The position numbers and the translations under genes were made by a program. Source: Chiloscyllium plagiosum (Eukaryota). Taken from it: a DNA stretch of 64,000 bases. The stretch is taken from the NCBI RefSeq assembly GCF_004010195.1, contig NC_057718.1, forward strand, positions 88,015,424 through 88,079,423. Direction: 5' to 3'. This document shows positions 24,631 through 38,840 of this stretch, piece by piece. The stretch's first letter is position 1; each line of letters starts with the position of its first letter. A model generated the notes under the pieces. The model did no database searches. It was not told where the DNA came from and saw only the letters and a list, made by a program, of their open reading frames with translations.

Positions 24631-25811
24631 TATATCATGCCTACCTCACTTTGGAAAGAAAACAAAAAAACACAGGGCCAATAAATCTAAGGGAATTCCA
24701 AAGTTTAGCACCTGGACAGCCAAGGTAAAGTGTTGGTGTGCCTTAATATTGTGAAAGGTGCTCATCTGTTTTGGCCAGTACCTCAATCACATCTTCCTGT
24801 CCTGATGTTCTGACAGCATATGTTTCTTCCTCTATTTGCCTTTAATTTCATGGTTACTTCATTTCGTTCAGCTTTACAATCCCTGCTGGATGGTAGTTGA
24901 TTTTAATGTAAACTGGTCAGTCATAGTAGGGAGCCTTTCCCATTCGCTTTGTGTCTGGCTATTAATGAAACAGAGCTAACCAGTCTTAAGAACCAGTGCT
25001 GTGCCCTTCGGAAGCAGCGATTCCAAGAAGAAAGCTGGATAACCCAAAGGTCTGCACATCCTAACCTCTACTAAATCCCATTTCACCACCGTCTTTGTGT
25101 TCTGAGCTACATTGGTTCCAATTCTAACAACAGGTTAAATATACAATTGTTGTGTCACACCTCCATTGTCACAGTTTTTTTAGGCTGCACTCGGCATAGA
25201 TCCATCATTTCTTTTTGGTAATGTTTGAAGTTGTTAATCACTGTTATCAACACTCCCCTCTTTTCTCTTTCACCCAGATTGTACGTGAAATTCTTTTTTA
25301 AACCCTGAATTGAATTTAATTTATCCTCATGTGTACTGAGGCACAGTGAAAAGCTTTGTCTTGCGAGCAGTACAGGCAGATCACATAGTTAAATAGCGTA
25401 GATATATGACATTGCCAACCCACTGATTCTCTGTACATACCACCCAGCCTTGCATTTCTGCAATTATGGTCTCTTGCACATCTCTCTCATTTTAAACACT
25501 TCTTCATTGCTAGCCTGTCTAGGTGCTAAACTTTGGAATTCCCCTAGATTTATTGGCCCTGTGTTTTTTATTTTGTTTTCTTTCCAAGGTGAGGGGGGCA
25601 TGATGTATGTAATCCTGATGCTCCAATCCTTGAATGTGGGCTAGTTTGATGGGAATTAGTCTCCTCTTGTTTATTTTTCAGTAATGTATGTTGTTAGTTT
25701 GACAATTACTTTTAGCCATGTGACAGATTTGATGTGTTGTCCGAGCCACTTGTTACATTAGTTTCCCCACTTTGATCCATTTGAGTGTTGGTTTTGGATT
25801 TGATTTAAAGC

Positions 25812-26770
25812 ATTGTATATACTTGAGGTTGATCTCCTGTAAAGGTCAATCTCCTATTTTGGCCGAACAATCTGGAATTTTCCATACCTCGTGTAAAAGT
25901 CAACCCCAGTTCTTCACAGATAACCATTCAATCTTTGTGAGTCAAGGTATTGTCCCATTTATAAAAGTTACGATGAGGAAATTAATTTTTTGCGCTATTG
26001 TGTGTTTTGATGCCCAATTCATCAATTTGGCATGAAATTTTATGATGCATCAGAGTCTGGCAACAACTTCTTTGTGTGCAGCTCAGCTGAACTCCGTTCC
26101 CTGTAGCACTTGTGGAATACAGTCCTATATACCTGGTTGAGGCTTTGAAATTTCTTGATTTTTTGTGTGAAAATGCCCTCCAGAACGAAAACAAAAAATA
26201 CACAGCAGAGTTTAAATTGAAAGTCATTGAAGTTGCAGAGCAGAGAAATAACTGTGCAGCAGCAAAAGAATATTGTGTTTCTGAGAAACCTGAGAAGGAT
26301 GTCGAACCAGCTTCAGACAATGTCAAAGCAAAAGTGTGCAGCAGAGTTAAGCCTAGCAAGTGGTCACAATTTGAGGAATATATTGCTGAGTGGATATTTG
26401 ACAATTGTCAAAAAGGAAAATGCGTTAGCCATGAAGCCATCTGAGTCTGTGCATGAAACTAATCCAAGGAGGATGGAATTGCAGATTTTAAGGCATATGT
26501 TGGACGGTGCACCAGGCTCGTGAGAAGGCATGACTTAGTATTTCGGCAGAGAACTAAGATTACAAAAGAACTGGTAGGTAAGATATTAGTTTCACCAGTT
26601 TGTAATCCAAAATTGCAGAAGGAAGGCTTCTGTTAATGATACAATATTTTGGACTGTATCATGAATTTCAGCCCTTCAAAAGAAGTAACAATTTAATAGT
26701 TGACCCCATAAATTTAACTGCAAAATAATAAAATCTCAAAAATTTGACTTTTACACTAGTATATATGGTA
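25812..26770 (+). mobile_element. Internally deleted pogo-family (POGK-like) DNA transposon
   Basis: KKYTAEFKLKVIEVAEQRNNCAAAKEY (Brinker-type DBD), KWSQFEEYIAEWI and FKAYVGRCTRLVRRHDLVFRQRTKI (CENP-B HTH); degenerate TIRs TGTATATACTTGAG (~25814) and CACTAGTATATATGGTA (~26754-26770); subterminal TAAAAGTCAA repeats; no DDD domain seen. Confidence 0.85.
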
Positions 26771-27279
26771 TGTGATTGCATTAGAAACAGTGCAGAGAAG
26801 ATTTGCTTGCCTAGTTCTTGGAATAAAGAGTTTGTCTTGTGTGGAAAAGTTAGGCTTGTGTCCATTGGTGTTTAGAAAAATGAGATCATCATATTGAAAG
26901 AGGAGATTCTGAAGAGACTTCACAGAACAAGTACTTTTCCTTGTGGGAGAGACTTAAAGTAGGGGGAAAACCATTTCAAAATAAGGGATGTCTCATTAAG
27001 ATTGAGAAGGAGGGATGTTTTCCCAATGGATAGTGGTACTTGGAATTTTCTTTCCCAGATGATAGAGGCAGGATTTAAGGATGAATTGGATTAATGACTG
27101 GTAATTGAGTCCAAAGCAAAGGCCCTGTTCAATTAGTCATGATCTTATCAAGAAGAACAGGCTTTGGGAGCCAAATGCCTTACTCTTTCTATTTGCTTGC
27201 ATGTAAGCTCACTCCAGGATCCAAAATATGATGGGAGTCACTTTGTGTTAGCAACTTTTTCAGCATTGTTCTGGAATAG

Positions 27280-27570
27280 CTGGCTGGTTCAGTGGTTAGC
27301 AGTCTGCCTCACAGTTCCAGAGACCTGGGTTCAATTCCACCCTCAAGTGACTGTACAGTCTCCACACTGACATTCCCCCGTGTTTGCATGGGTTTCCTCT
27401 GGGTGCTCTGATTTTTCTCCCAGGGATGAACAGGTTAGGTGGAATAGTCATGGGAAATGCAGGGTTATGGGGGTTGGGTCTGGGTGAGGCTCTTTTTGTA
27501 TTTTGGAATGTTGTTGTTGATTCAATGGACTGAATGGCCTGCTTCCATTTGAAGGGATTCTAAGATTCTA
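27280..27570 (+). mobile_element. HE1-like V-SINE
   Basis: GGTTCAGTGGTTAGCA...CCTGGGTTCAATTCCA, V-domain and tail. Confidence 0.8.
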
Positions 27571-29329
27571 CATCTAGAAATTGAAATTAGTTAGTCACTA
27601 CTGTGTGCAACCCAGGGCAAATATCCAAGGGATATTTTAAACCAAAAAAATATTTTTGAGCATTCTGACGTTGGGGAAAATAGGCTACCTAAATGAAATA
27701 ATTTTAAGGTGAGGTCATGTGATGAAGCCACCAGGAATACATCTGACCAGAGTCAGGAATTCCTCAGTACTTATCTGTTCATACAGTTCCTGTAAGTTTT
27801 TTTCAAGAATAATAGGAAGTAGTGCAGCTGGGAAGAACTGGAACTGGAATTCACATGGAATTTGATACCAAGGAAAGTCATTAAACTCAACTTTTTGACT
27901 GTTCAAAAAACGACTGGATTCTCTTTCTAGAGAAAAGGATCTAGTGATTATTCAATTATGTGCAAGGTATTAGCTCTTCAACACTCTTTGAAATAGTAAG
28001 AATATGGTTGAGAAAAACAGTAACAGTTTGTTAGACTAGGTTGAATGGAAGTTAGGAAAAAGTCCTCTGAAAATTATCCTGAATGTAGTAGCTGAGAAAT
28101 AACATTCTTCAGTTTGAAACTGCCAGTTTGTACATACAATAGCTTTCTTTTGAATTAAATAGAAGTTTTTTTCAGTTCTTGCATGTTGCACACCTGAGAA
28201 CTTTTTCGGTTCCAGTTGATTGGACTCCATTCCCTTGAATAAGTGACAATACAATTCTTTGTGCTCTTTAATGACTTGAGTCACAGTTCACACGCATTTG
28301 TGATTATGATCAGTGGGTAGTGAATCACTCCTTAATGATTTGGCTCCACTTATTGTCATTCACCCAGGGACCAGAACCTGTTTCTCTGGTGTATGAATGA
28401 TTCTTGGTTTGGATTTTGTTATACTTCTAAAAATGCGCGCACGAACAAGAGGTGGCCATTCAGCCACTCGAGCCTGTTTATCCATTAAGTTAGATCATGG
28501 CTGATCTGTATCTTTCTTCCCTTGTTCACTTAATACCATTTTCTCAACAAAAGCAATCTGTTGATCTCAAACTTTAAAGCTTCAATCGAGCCCTTAGAAT
28601 CCATATCATTTCATCAAAATATTGTGGGGGCTGGAAGAACGAGCCAGATGTACAGTGCACTTTCCATGAAATTTGACTATAATTCTAATATAGTGCCCTT
28701 TGTTCTGAATTTTCCCAACTGAAGAAAAGTTGATAGATCAATAATCTTAAACATTTTCTAATACTTAAAAGTTAATTTAGTGGAGGCATTCATTGTTCAA
28801 CCTCCTCTCAATTTAGTTAACTCTCTCTTCGTGCAGTTTCACTAGAATGATGTTAGGACTATGTGAAGGCTAACATATACTACTTAAGTTGCTGTGTCTG
28901 GACGAAATACAGCACTCCTGGTGGAGTCTGACCAAGCTCTGATTATAACTGAAGCACAATATCCCCTTCTAATTTTATCTAATGAGTGCTGCAGCAGATA
29001 AGTGGGCATGAAGGAAGGAGTGCAGCAGTTCTAGTACATCAATGGCCACATAAAGGTGACCTCTGTGACCAGGAGTGTCACTCCAGCATTGGTCTCTTCA
29101 GTCACAAGCGATGTTGCTTCAGGGAAGCAGGAAGTTAGTAAAACAAGGATGCAAACCCATGGTCAGCCATGACTGAAAGGGGCCTCACATGTATTTAATC
29201 CAGGTGATTGTTATATTGCCAACTTGCCTACATTTGAGATGGATTGATTACTCTTACCACACTGACTTGTACACATTGAACAGAAGTCTAGTTCTTGCTG
29301 AGTTTGAGTATGATTTACTGTTGTTACAT

Positions 29330-30345
29330 ATGTATGTAGTTTTTTGTGCTATTCAAGCACATCATGTCACACAGTGTATCAGACTAGTAGAACACAGTGC
29401 AGGATACACTGTATAGTGGTAGAAAATGTGCACAGAGAGAGATCAACATTAATGTTTGAGAGGTCCATTCAAAAGTCTGATAAGTGTCAAAGAAGCTGTT
29501 CTTGAATCTGTGCAGACTTTTATATCTTCAGCCCAATAACTGGGGTGGGAGGGGTCTTTGATTATGTAAGCTGCTTTCCTGAAAAAGCATGAAGAATAGA
29601 TGGAGTCAATGGATAGAAGGCTGGTTTGTAAGATAAATTGGGTTGTGTACATGACTCTAGTTTCTTGTGGAGAAAGTGAGGACTGCAGATGCTGGAGATC
29701 AGAGCTGAAAATGTGTTGCTGGAAAAGCGCAGCAGGTCAGGCAGCATCCAAGGAATACGAGAATCGACGTTTCGGGCATAAGCCCTACTTCTAGTTTCTT
29801 GTGGTCTTGGGAAGAGCAGCTGCCATACCATGCTGATTTGCATCCAGATTGGATGCTTTCTATGGTGTATCAAGAATAATTGGTAAGAGTCTTTTTCGAC
29901 ATGCCAAATTTCTTTAGCCTCCTAAAGGAGAGGTGTTGTGCTTTCTTGACCGTTGCATTGATGTGGGTGGACCAGGACAGATTTTTATCATCACTCCCTG
30001 GCATTTGACACTCTAGATCATCTCCACTCGACACCATTGATACAGACAGGGGCATACCCTCCACAACGCTTTCTGAAGTCAATGAGCAACTCTCCATTTT
30101 GCTGGTGTTGATGGAGAGATTGTACACCATGCCACTAAGCACTCAATCACATTCCTGTATTCATTCTCATTGTTTGAGATCTGACCTACAATGGTGGAGT
30201 TAGCAAACTTGTCATTGGAGTTGGGGCACAATTTGGCAACAAAGTAGTGTATAAGGACTGTGGTAGGGGTCTGAGTTTGCAGCCTTGCGGGGCAATGGTG
30301 TTGAAAATTATTGTGGAGGAGGTGTTATCGCTGAACCAGCAGCTT
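29330..30345 (-). mobile_element. Rex1/Babar-type LINE RT 3' fragment
   Basis: APQGCKLRPLPQSLYT, LSWSTHINATVKKAQ..LSFRRLKKFGMSKKTLTN and FRKAAYIIKDPSHPS motifs, typical of fish Rex1/Babar RT. Confidence 0.75.
29669..29790 (-). mobile_element. Family A element nested in the Rex1/Babar LINE
   Basis: Reverse complement GGGC(TTAT)GCCC-GAAA-CG-TC-GATTC...; 5' core truncated; 15-bp direct repeat TCTAGTTTCTTGTGG at 29656-29670 and 29790-29804. Confidence 0.88.
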
Positions 30346-32660
30346 GGATATCTCTTTCTGGAGCGCAAATACAAAAAAAAAAAAAATTTTGGCCTGCTTA
30401 AGGAAGTGTCTCAAAAGCTGAGCACTGTTACTGCAGGAAAAGATCCTATACCCAAGTCTGAATGTGAATGTTCATATCACGTAATTGGATAGTAATGACC
30501 CAGAACTTATACTGTCTTCTCATCGAAGTGAATCACATTGCTAGTCATAGTCAGAGTCCTAGAGGTGTACAGCATGGAAACAGACCCTTCGGTCCAACCC
30601 ATCCATGCTAACCAGATATTCCAACCCAATCTAGTCCCACCTGCCAGCACCTGGCCCATATCCCTCCAACCCCTTCCCATTCATATACCCATCCAAATGC
30701 CTCTTAAATGTTGTAATTGTACCAGCCTCCACCACTTCCTCTTCCAGCTCATTCCATACTCCGTACCATCCTCTGTGTGAAAAAGTTGCCCCTTAGGTCT
30801 CTTTTTTATCTTTCCCCTCTCACCCTAAACCTATGCCCTCTAGTTCTGGACTCCCCCACCCCAGGGAAATGTCTGTCTGTTTACCCTATCCATGCCCCTC
30901 ATAATTTTGTAAACCTCTGTAAGGTCACCATTCAGCCTCCGACGCTCCAGGGAATACAGCCCCAGCCTGTTCAGCCTCTCCCTATAGCTCAAATCCTCCA
31001 ACCCTGGCAACATCCTTTGTGAATCTTTTCTGAACCCTTTCAAATTTCACAACCTCTTTCTGATAGGAAGGAGACCAGAATTGCATGCAATATTCCAACA
31101 GTGGCCTAACTAATGTCCTGTACAGCCGCAACATGATCTCCCAACTCCTGTACTTCAGTACTCTGACCAATAAAAGGAAGCATACCAAACGCCGCCTTCT
31201 ATCCTATCTCCCTGCGACTTCACTTTCGAGGAGCTATGAACCTGCACTCCAAGGTCTTTGTTCAGCAACACTCCCTCTGACCTTACCATTTGTGTATAAG
31301 TCCTGCTAAGATTTGCTTTCCCAAAATGCAGCACTTCTCATTTATCTGAATTAAACTCCATTAGCCCATCTGGTCCAGATCATATTGTAATCTGAGGTAA
31401 CCCTCATCGCTGTCCACTACACCACCAATTTTGGTGTCATCTGCAAACTTACTAACTGTACCTCTTATGCTCGCATCCAAATCATTTATGTAAATTGCAA
31501 GAAGGACCCAGCATTGATCCTTGTGGCAATCCACTGGTCACAGACCTCCAGTCTGAAAAACAACCCTCCCACCACCACCCTCTGTCTTCTACTTTTGAGC
31601 CAGTTCTGAATCCAAATGGCTAGTTCTCCCTGTATTCCGTGAGATCTAACCTTGCTAACCAGTCTCCCATGGAAAACCTTGTGGAACGCCTTACTGAAGT
31701 CCACATCTACACAGCTGTCCTCATCAATCCTCTCTGTTACTACTTCAAAAAACTCAATCAAGTTTGAGACATGATTTCCCACGCACAAAGCCATGTTGAC
31801 TGTCCCTAATCAGTCCTTGCCTTTCCAAATACGTGTACATCCTGTCCCTCAGGATTCCCTCCAACAACTTGCCCACCGCCGAGGTCAGACTCACTGGTCT
31901 ATAGTTCTCTGGCTTGTCCTTACCACCCTTCTTATACAGTGGCACCATGTTAGCCAACCTCCAATCCTCCGGCACCTCACCTGTGACTATCGACGATAGA
32001 AATATCTCAGCAAGAGGCCCAGCAATCACTTTTCTCTAGCTTCCCACAGAGTTCTAGGGTACACCTGATCAAGTCCTGGGGATTTACCCATTTCTAGACA
32101 TCCAGCACTTCCTCCTCTGTAATCTGGACATTTTGCAAGATGTCACCATCTATTTCCCTACAGTCTATATCTTCCATATCCTTTTCCACAGTAAATAATA
32201 ATGCAAAATATTCATTTAGTATCTCCCCCATTTTCTGCGGCTCCACACAAAGGCTGCCTGGCTGATCTTTGAGGGGCCCTATTCTCTTCCCTAGTTACCC
32301 ATTTATCCTTAATGTATTTGTAAAGACCCTTTGGATTCTCCTTAATTTTATTTGCCAAAGCTATCTCATGTCCCCTTTTTTTTTGCATCCTGATTTTTCT
32401 CTCAAGTATACTCCTACTTTCTTTATACTCGAAGGATTCACTCAATCTATCCTGTCTATACCTTACATATGCTGCTTTCTTTCTTAAGCAAACCTTCAAT
32501 TTCTTTAGTCATCCAGCATTCCCTATACCTACCAGCCTTTCCTTTCACCCTGACAGGAATATACTTTCTCTGGTCTCTCATTATCTCATTTCTGAAGGCT
32601 TCCCATTTTCCAAATGTCCCTATACCTGCGAACATCTGCCTCCAATCAGCTTTCAAAATT

Positions 32661-32692
32661 TCCTGATGAAGGGCTTTTGCCCGAAACGTCGA
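32661..32692 (+). ncRNA. Minimal type I hammerhead ribozyme (family A), intact core
   Basis: TC-CTGATGA-A-GGGC(TTTT)GCCC-GAAA-CG-TC-GA; ACGU palindromic stem III, GUC triplet ending 32690; stem I is short. Confidence 0.8.
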
Positions 32693-32791
32693 TTTTGCTG
32701 AAGCTCCTCGATGCTGCCTGAATTGCTGTGCTCTTCCAGCACCATTGATCCAGAATCTGGTTTCCAGCATCTGCAGTCATTGTTTTTACCT
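32661..32791 (+). mobile_element. Family A (A2) hammerhead element nested in CR1
   Basis: 11-bp direct repeat TTCAAAATTTC at 32652-32662 and 32791-32801; CR1 sequence resumes on both sides. Confidence 0.9.
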
Positions 32792-33859
32792 TCAAAATTT
32801 CTTGCCTACTACTATCAAAATTGGCTTTCCTCCAATTTAGAACTTCAGCTTTTAGATCTGGTCTATCCTTTTCCATCACTATTTTAAAACGAATAGAATT
32901 ATGGTCGCTGGCCCCAAAGTGCTCCCCCACTGACACCTCAGTCACCTACTCTTGTGAAATAAGGCAGGGCAGGTCAAGTTTTGCACCTTCTCTAGTAGGT
33001 CCATCCACACACTGAATCAGAAAATTGTCTGTGCACACTTAACAAATTCCTCTCCATCTAAACACTTAGATTGGGACTGCCATAGTGTTATGTTTGGAAA
33101 GTTAAAATTCCCTACCATAACCACCCTATTATTCTTACAGATAGCCAAGATCTCCTTACAAGTTTGTTTTGCAATTTCCCTCTTACTATTAGGGAGTCTA
33201 TAATACAATCCCAATAAGGTAATCATCCCTTTTCTTCTTTCTCAGTTCCACCCAAATATGTTTTCCTGGATGTATTTCCAAGAATATCCTCTCTCAGCAC
33301 AGCTGTAATGCTATCCCTTATCAAAAATCCCACTCCTCCTCTTGCCTTCCTTTCTATCCTTCCTGTAGCATTTGTATCCTTAACACATGGATATGACCCC
33401 TGAAAGTTGTTTATTTTTCCTCCTTCAAACAGTTGTTACATGAGGATATGTATCAGAAGAATTGTTATGACGGCAAGTCTGCAGGTGTTGTTGTAGTTCT
33501 GCCAGGCTGTGGTTTGGATATTGAGACATCTTAATGTGGTATAGTCTTCCTGAAAGTGGTGCGAGGAGCTCTGAGTGAAAAGTTGGAAATAATGTTTGTC
33601 ATGCAAAGTACTTTGGGCTAGAATTTTCTTGCAAGCTAATGGTAAATTAAATTTGTATGTTTTTTTTAAAGGCACTCAGCAACTTATACTAAGAAAGATG
33701 CCTCTTAAGTTGCAAATTGCCACAAGTTCCTGATGATTGAGGTGGGACCTTGCTGTCAGCCTGCCCGAGTGTTTCAGTAAATTGCTGCATTTGTAATACT
33801 ACTATGAATTAAGCTGTTATCGTGAATTATTCCACTTTTTTTTTAAATGAAGAAATGTG

Positions 33860-34140
33860 TCCAGCACCAGGGACCAGGTTTGATTCCTGCCTCAGTCAAC
33901 TGTCTGTGGCGTTTGCATGTTCTCCCCGTGCCTGCGTGGGTTTCCTCCAGGTGCTCCGGTTTCCTCCCACAATGTGCAGGTCAGGCGAATTGACAATGCT
34001 AAATTGCCCATAGCGTTGGGTGCATTCGTCAGGAGTAAATATAGGGTAGGGGAATGGGTCTGGATGGGTTACTCTTCGAAGGGTCAGTGTGGACTTGTTG
34101 GGCCGAAGGGCCTGTTTCCATACTGTAGGTAATCTAATCT
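33860..34140 (+). mobile_element. HE1-like V-SINE, 5'-truncated
   Basis: B-box-like GGTTTGATTCC, V-domain TTTGCATGTTCTCCCCGTGCCTGCGTGGGTTTC, tail ending TAATCTAATCT. Confidence 0.88.
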
Positions 34141-34357
34141 AAAAAAATGTGTGGCTCTGCATTACCACCCAACCTTTCCAGTCTCGAAAGGAAAAAGTAT
34201 ATTGTGGCATCTCTGCAATGAATTGTCATTGGTGATTTGTACTTTTTCATTTCCTTCAACTTTTACATTCCCCGCCATACTGCCCCTTTGTTTTCTATTC
34301 ACTTTAATTTCTTTTCAATGGGCGTTGTTCCTTTCTAATCTTTTTTAATACCAAGAG

Positions 34358-34725
34358 TGTGACTCATTTGGTAGCATGTGCCTCTGAGTCACAAGGTTGT
34401 TTGTTCTAGCCCCTCTTCTCAAAACTTGAGGCCTGAAGGGCTGTGCTGGATTTGGATGATGTATTAAACTGAGATCTGACTCGCCTTTTCAGGTAAATGC
34501 AAGATATCTTGGCACTACTTAGAACAGGAGGGGAATTTTCCTGTGTCCTGGCCAATGTTTATTCCTCCATCAATATCACTAAAACTGATTTCTTCTATAA
34601 AATTTGACAATGAGTTTTTTGTTTGTGGAAGTTTGCTATGTGCAAATTTGGCTGCTACATCTCCTACGTTAGTGGTTGCAGATCAAAATGGTTGTGAAGT
34701 GTTATTTAAATGCAAGACATTTTTC
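34358..34725 (+). mobile_element. SacSINE1/Deu-like SINE
   Basis: tRNA-like head GACTCATTTGGTAGCA..GCCTCTGAGTCACAAGGTTG, Deu-like core GGCACTACT...GTGTCCTGGCCAATG, tail ATTTAAATGCAAG. Confidence 0.7.
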
Positions 34726-37700
34726 TTAAATCCCTTTTGATTGAGGCATTACTCTTGGTCTCCCTGTTCATCAAGTCCTGGATGCACTGTTGGCTTCTTG
34801 TGCAAAGTTAATTGAAGCTGAATGATGACCAAAAACAATCCAACTTGTGACACACACACCATGAGATTTTTTTTTCCCCTTTTCAGTAAATTTTGGTGCT
34901 TTTAAAACAATTTTCTGTGACATTGTGTGGTTTTGGTAAACTTTGCTTGTTTGTTTATGACCTTCTTTGTTAAATCAAAATATTGTCAAAAATATTGTTG
35001 CATTTCAGCTGTTGATCATTAGGGAGAGTATCTGGCCTCTCTTCTCTCCTTTCCAATTTAAGGCCTTGGAATTCTTAAATTGAATTGAATTGAAATTTGG
35101 AAGTATTCAGGGCTCCTGTTTTCCCTACAAGAATTGACCCGTAGAGCTTTAGCTTGTATTGCACTGAAGAACTGTGATATGACAGGAGGGGGTTCAGACA
35201 TCTGTTTATCAAGTTGGAACTTCAAAGAGGTTTTTTAACTATCTATGTATTTTATGTTCCAGAACTCATTGGATTTATTTCCTGATGTGGTTTGTGGGGA
35301 AGGGTGGGGGTGTGGGTGAGAGAGCAAATATTTTGAAATGGATGTCTTCCTGTTTTTATGATCTTGAGTCTGAGCTTGTACATTCTGATTTGGAATAGTA
35401 TGGACAGTTAGAATTGAAAGTATAGAAAGATGAGCTGGACAGATATAGTGCAAATGATAAAATCAAGGGTGACGAAGGAAGTTTGATTCAAATCTGACTG
35501 TATTAAGGAACTTCATGATCTTGTAATTTAGAGGAAATTGCAAATAAATGAATCTCTGGACTGGATCCCCTCAAGTAATGAAAGATGTGATGTTTTTAAA
35601 CTTTTTCAGATGATTTGCTCCAGAGAAAGTTTGACCAAATGGTGGTTGAACTAACCTGTTGTTTTTAGAGACTTTTAGACAGTGAAGCAAACTAAAAGAA
35701 CTTGTATTTAGTCAGGCCTAGTTTTTGCAGGGATCCTGTCTCACTGATATTACTGACCCTGTTGTGTCCTGGGAACTGATATGTATATGTCACCTGAGAA
35801 CCTTTTTTGTTTTGCTTCCATATTAAGGAAGAATGTTCTAAGATCCCTCTTTCTCCTGGACAGTTGCAAAAGAAAATGCACAGGACCTGATAATGGATGG
35901 TCATTCCACAATCCCTTTGTGTCTGGCCTAATCTTTTACTCTCTTGCTGTGGTGTCTTTCTTTATCACCTGAAGTTATGATGAGTACTCCAAAAACCTTT
36001 TCTTACAATCGCATTCTGCGTATTGTACTTTGAATCCCCTCAGCCTCGAACTGTGGTATTCTTTTCTATCTTGGTCTATGCTACTTCAATCTTTTTGCCT
36101 TTTTATGCAAGAAGCTTGTTGTAATCTTATTTTCTAATCTATCTTGTTAATTTAATATATCTTGCAGTATAGGATTCAGTCCTACATTTAGTGTCTCAAG
36201 AAGCAATGCAGTTAATTGGGTCACTTGTCTCACTGGCTTGCAAGTTTTATATTCTGTGATACTGTAACCTTGTAGTTAGGTTGTTATAACCAAGTTATGA
36301 AGAATGCTATTGGAATCAACTTTTAACTTTGTTTCTCTCTCCACAGATACCGTCAGACCTGCTGAGTTTCTCTAGCACTTTGTTTTTATTTCAGCATTCA
36401 CAGTACTTTGCACTTGCTTGTAACAGCCGGTTTCAATGCGCAAGAAACATGTTTTAATGTTTTGAAAACTGATTGCGATGCTTAAAACTCAAAATTAGTA
36501 TTGAAGTTCCATCTTTGATTTAGAAAGAAATAATAGTTTCTGTCATGCCTTGCTCTGCCTCTATTTATGAGGTCCTATTTGAAATGTAGTCACAGTTACA
36601 ATGCAGACAGTCAATTTGCACAACAATTTTACAGAAAATGATGGTGACCAAGTGACCTGTTTATAGGTGTTGGTTAAGGGAAAAATTATTGGCTAGAACA
36701 CTAAAGATGATCATTCCTGTTCTTCTTTGAAGTGGTGCCATGGGATTCTTTTTGATATCTGTCCTCTGGTTTCATGTCTTGTATCACTGACACTTCAGCA
36801 CTGCCTCAGTTTTGCACTATTACCTTCAATTAAGTCCTCATTTTTAAAAATGGAACTCAAACATCCAAAGTTTTTGAGTTGAGAACATTGCCAACTGAAC
36901 CACAGTTCGTCTCTGTTCATTTCAATCTCTAGCCTCCTGTGTATTCCCTGATGGTCTGCATCCCACTAGTATCAGCTGTGCCTTCAACCACTCAGATCCT
37001 TCTTTTTACCTTTTAAGTCTTTCTACATCCTTTTTTTTTTCCCCCAAAACAAAGTTTCAAAATCCACTTTTCTGACCAACACTTTGTCATCTTTCCTTTT
37101 GATTCAGTTTCCTTTTCATTTGTCCCTCTGTAACGCCAGTAATTATCTGCCCCCACCTTTCTTGGACTCTAACTGGTACAAAGTTCAAACTTGCATAAAG
37201 TTGATTTGCAATCTGATAGCCCCAAAGGTACAATTACCAAATGATTGTTGTGCTTATTGTGACCCATAAGGCTGCTTAGCATTCAGTCTGTGGAATTTCA
37301 ACATTTCATGGGAACAAAGGAAATAGCAGTTTTGATATTTCAGATATTGGGCATGATGTGAATGCCCTGAAAAGTATTGATGTCTGTTTTAGTTGGAGTA
37401 CATATTGTTGTTTTTAGATGTTGACCATGAGTTGGTGGATACTACTAGAGTTCAAGTGGTTAGTTTGTGGGGAAGATGTAGGAACGTGGATATGAGGAAT
37501 GTTGAATCAATTGAATGGCAGAGCAGGCATGAACTGAATGGCCTATTCCTATAACTATTGCTATGGTCTTCAAGCCTTGTGCCTGATCACTAATGCACCA
37601 CTTCCTTTAGTATTAGATTGAACTGTCAGAGGTATCCCTTGTGTATAAGAGGAAAGAAGGGAGATCTCCCAAACTCAGTTGGAGAGTGCCAATTCACAAA

Positions 37701-38214
37701 GGATGAGAATAGACTTGACCACTCAAGTATCAATTCAAACCTGGACCGGTTACATTGCAAGCCATAGGAATAGTTGCACCATGGAGCCTTGAACAACAAA
37801 ATGCTGCATTTTGCAAAGGAAGAAACTAGCAGACTACAGGAAGGTTGGAAAACAAATGAAACCTTACAAATCAGCACCCTTCTCAATCCCAAATTCAAAA
37901 ATGATCTATGACAAACTATGTATTACTTGAAGTGTAGCCTCTGGTGTGCTATAGGAAATCCAAGCTGATTGTTTAAGGACCTTGTTAAATGCCAATGATG
38001 TTTTCATTGTCCACCTAAGAAATTGCATGACAATCACACTCATTAGCATTGATTGCTGACAATCATGACCAGATCATCTGTTAATGATATTTGCTCCTCC
38101 CTCAACATTTGCCCAGGTGACTGGGGTGAACTCTCTTACCGTTCTTGACGGAGTGCCTCTTATGGTGCCTTTATAAGGCATGCCTAAAAGTGCAGAGGGC
38201 CGTAGTTAGAATTA

Positions 38215-38840
38215 TCTCATAGAAACTTATAAAATTCTAACAACAGAACTAGACAAGGTAAGCACAGGAAGGTTGTTCTTGATGACCTGGTGGCTCAGTG
38301 GTTAGCTGCCTCACAATGCAAGGCATGGGTTTGATTCCAGCCTTGGGTGACTCTGGGTTTCAGCCAAGTGCTCCAGTTCTTCCCACAGCCCAAAGATGTG
38401 CAGACTGGATGGATTGGCCAAGCTCAATTGCCAATTGTGTCCCGGGATGTGCAGGCTAGGTGGACTAGCCATGGGAAATGCAAGATTATGGAGATAGGAT
38501 TGGGGGCTGGGTCTGCGCTTGATGCTGTGTTGATTTGGCCTCTTCCTGCACTGTACGGATTCAATGACTGGGGAGTCCAGAACCAAGGGTTCACAGTCTA
38601 AGGATACAGTGTTAGCTGAGTTGAGAAGAAATTTCTTAATCCTGTGAATTTCTCAGCCACAAAGCAGTTGAGGCCAAAACATTGAATGTTTTCAAGAAGG
38701 ATATAAATGTAGGTCTTGGGGCTAAAGGGATCAGAGTATGGACAGAAAGTAGGAACAAGGCACTCAGATGATCAGCTGTGATCATACTGAATGGCGAAGC
38801 AGGCTCAAAGGGCAGAATGGCCTACTGCTATTCCTTTTTT
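38215..38840 (+). mobile_element. CR1 3' fragment interrupted by an HE1-like SINE (~38288-38563)
   Basis: CR1 text GGAAGGTTGTTCTTGATGAC resumes as ATGACTGGGGAGTCCAGAACC after a SINE starting TGGTGGCTCAGTGGTTAGC. Confidence 0.8.

Larger units (their letters stand above)
30546..33385 (-). mobile_element. Long CR1 LINE ORF2 (endonuclease and RT), frameshifted
   Basis: [69 protein letters not shown] and the 3' tail. Confidence 0.95.

Noticed and set aside
36320..36410. Further hammerhead element (also ~10340-10490 and ~13360-13440)
   Set aside because: Resembles an older relative of the family A body, but no ribozyme core or TSD can be read.
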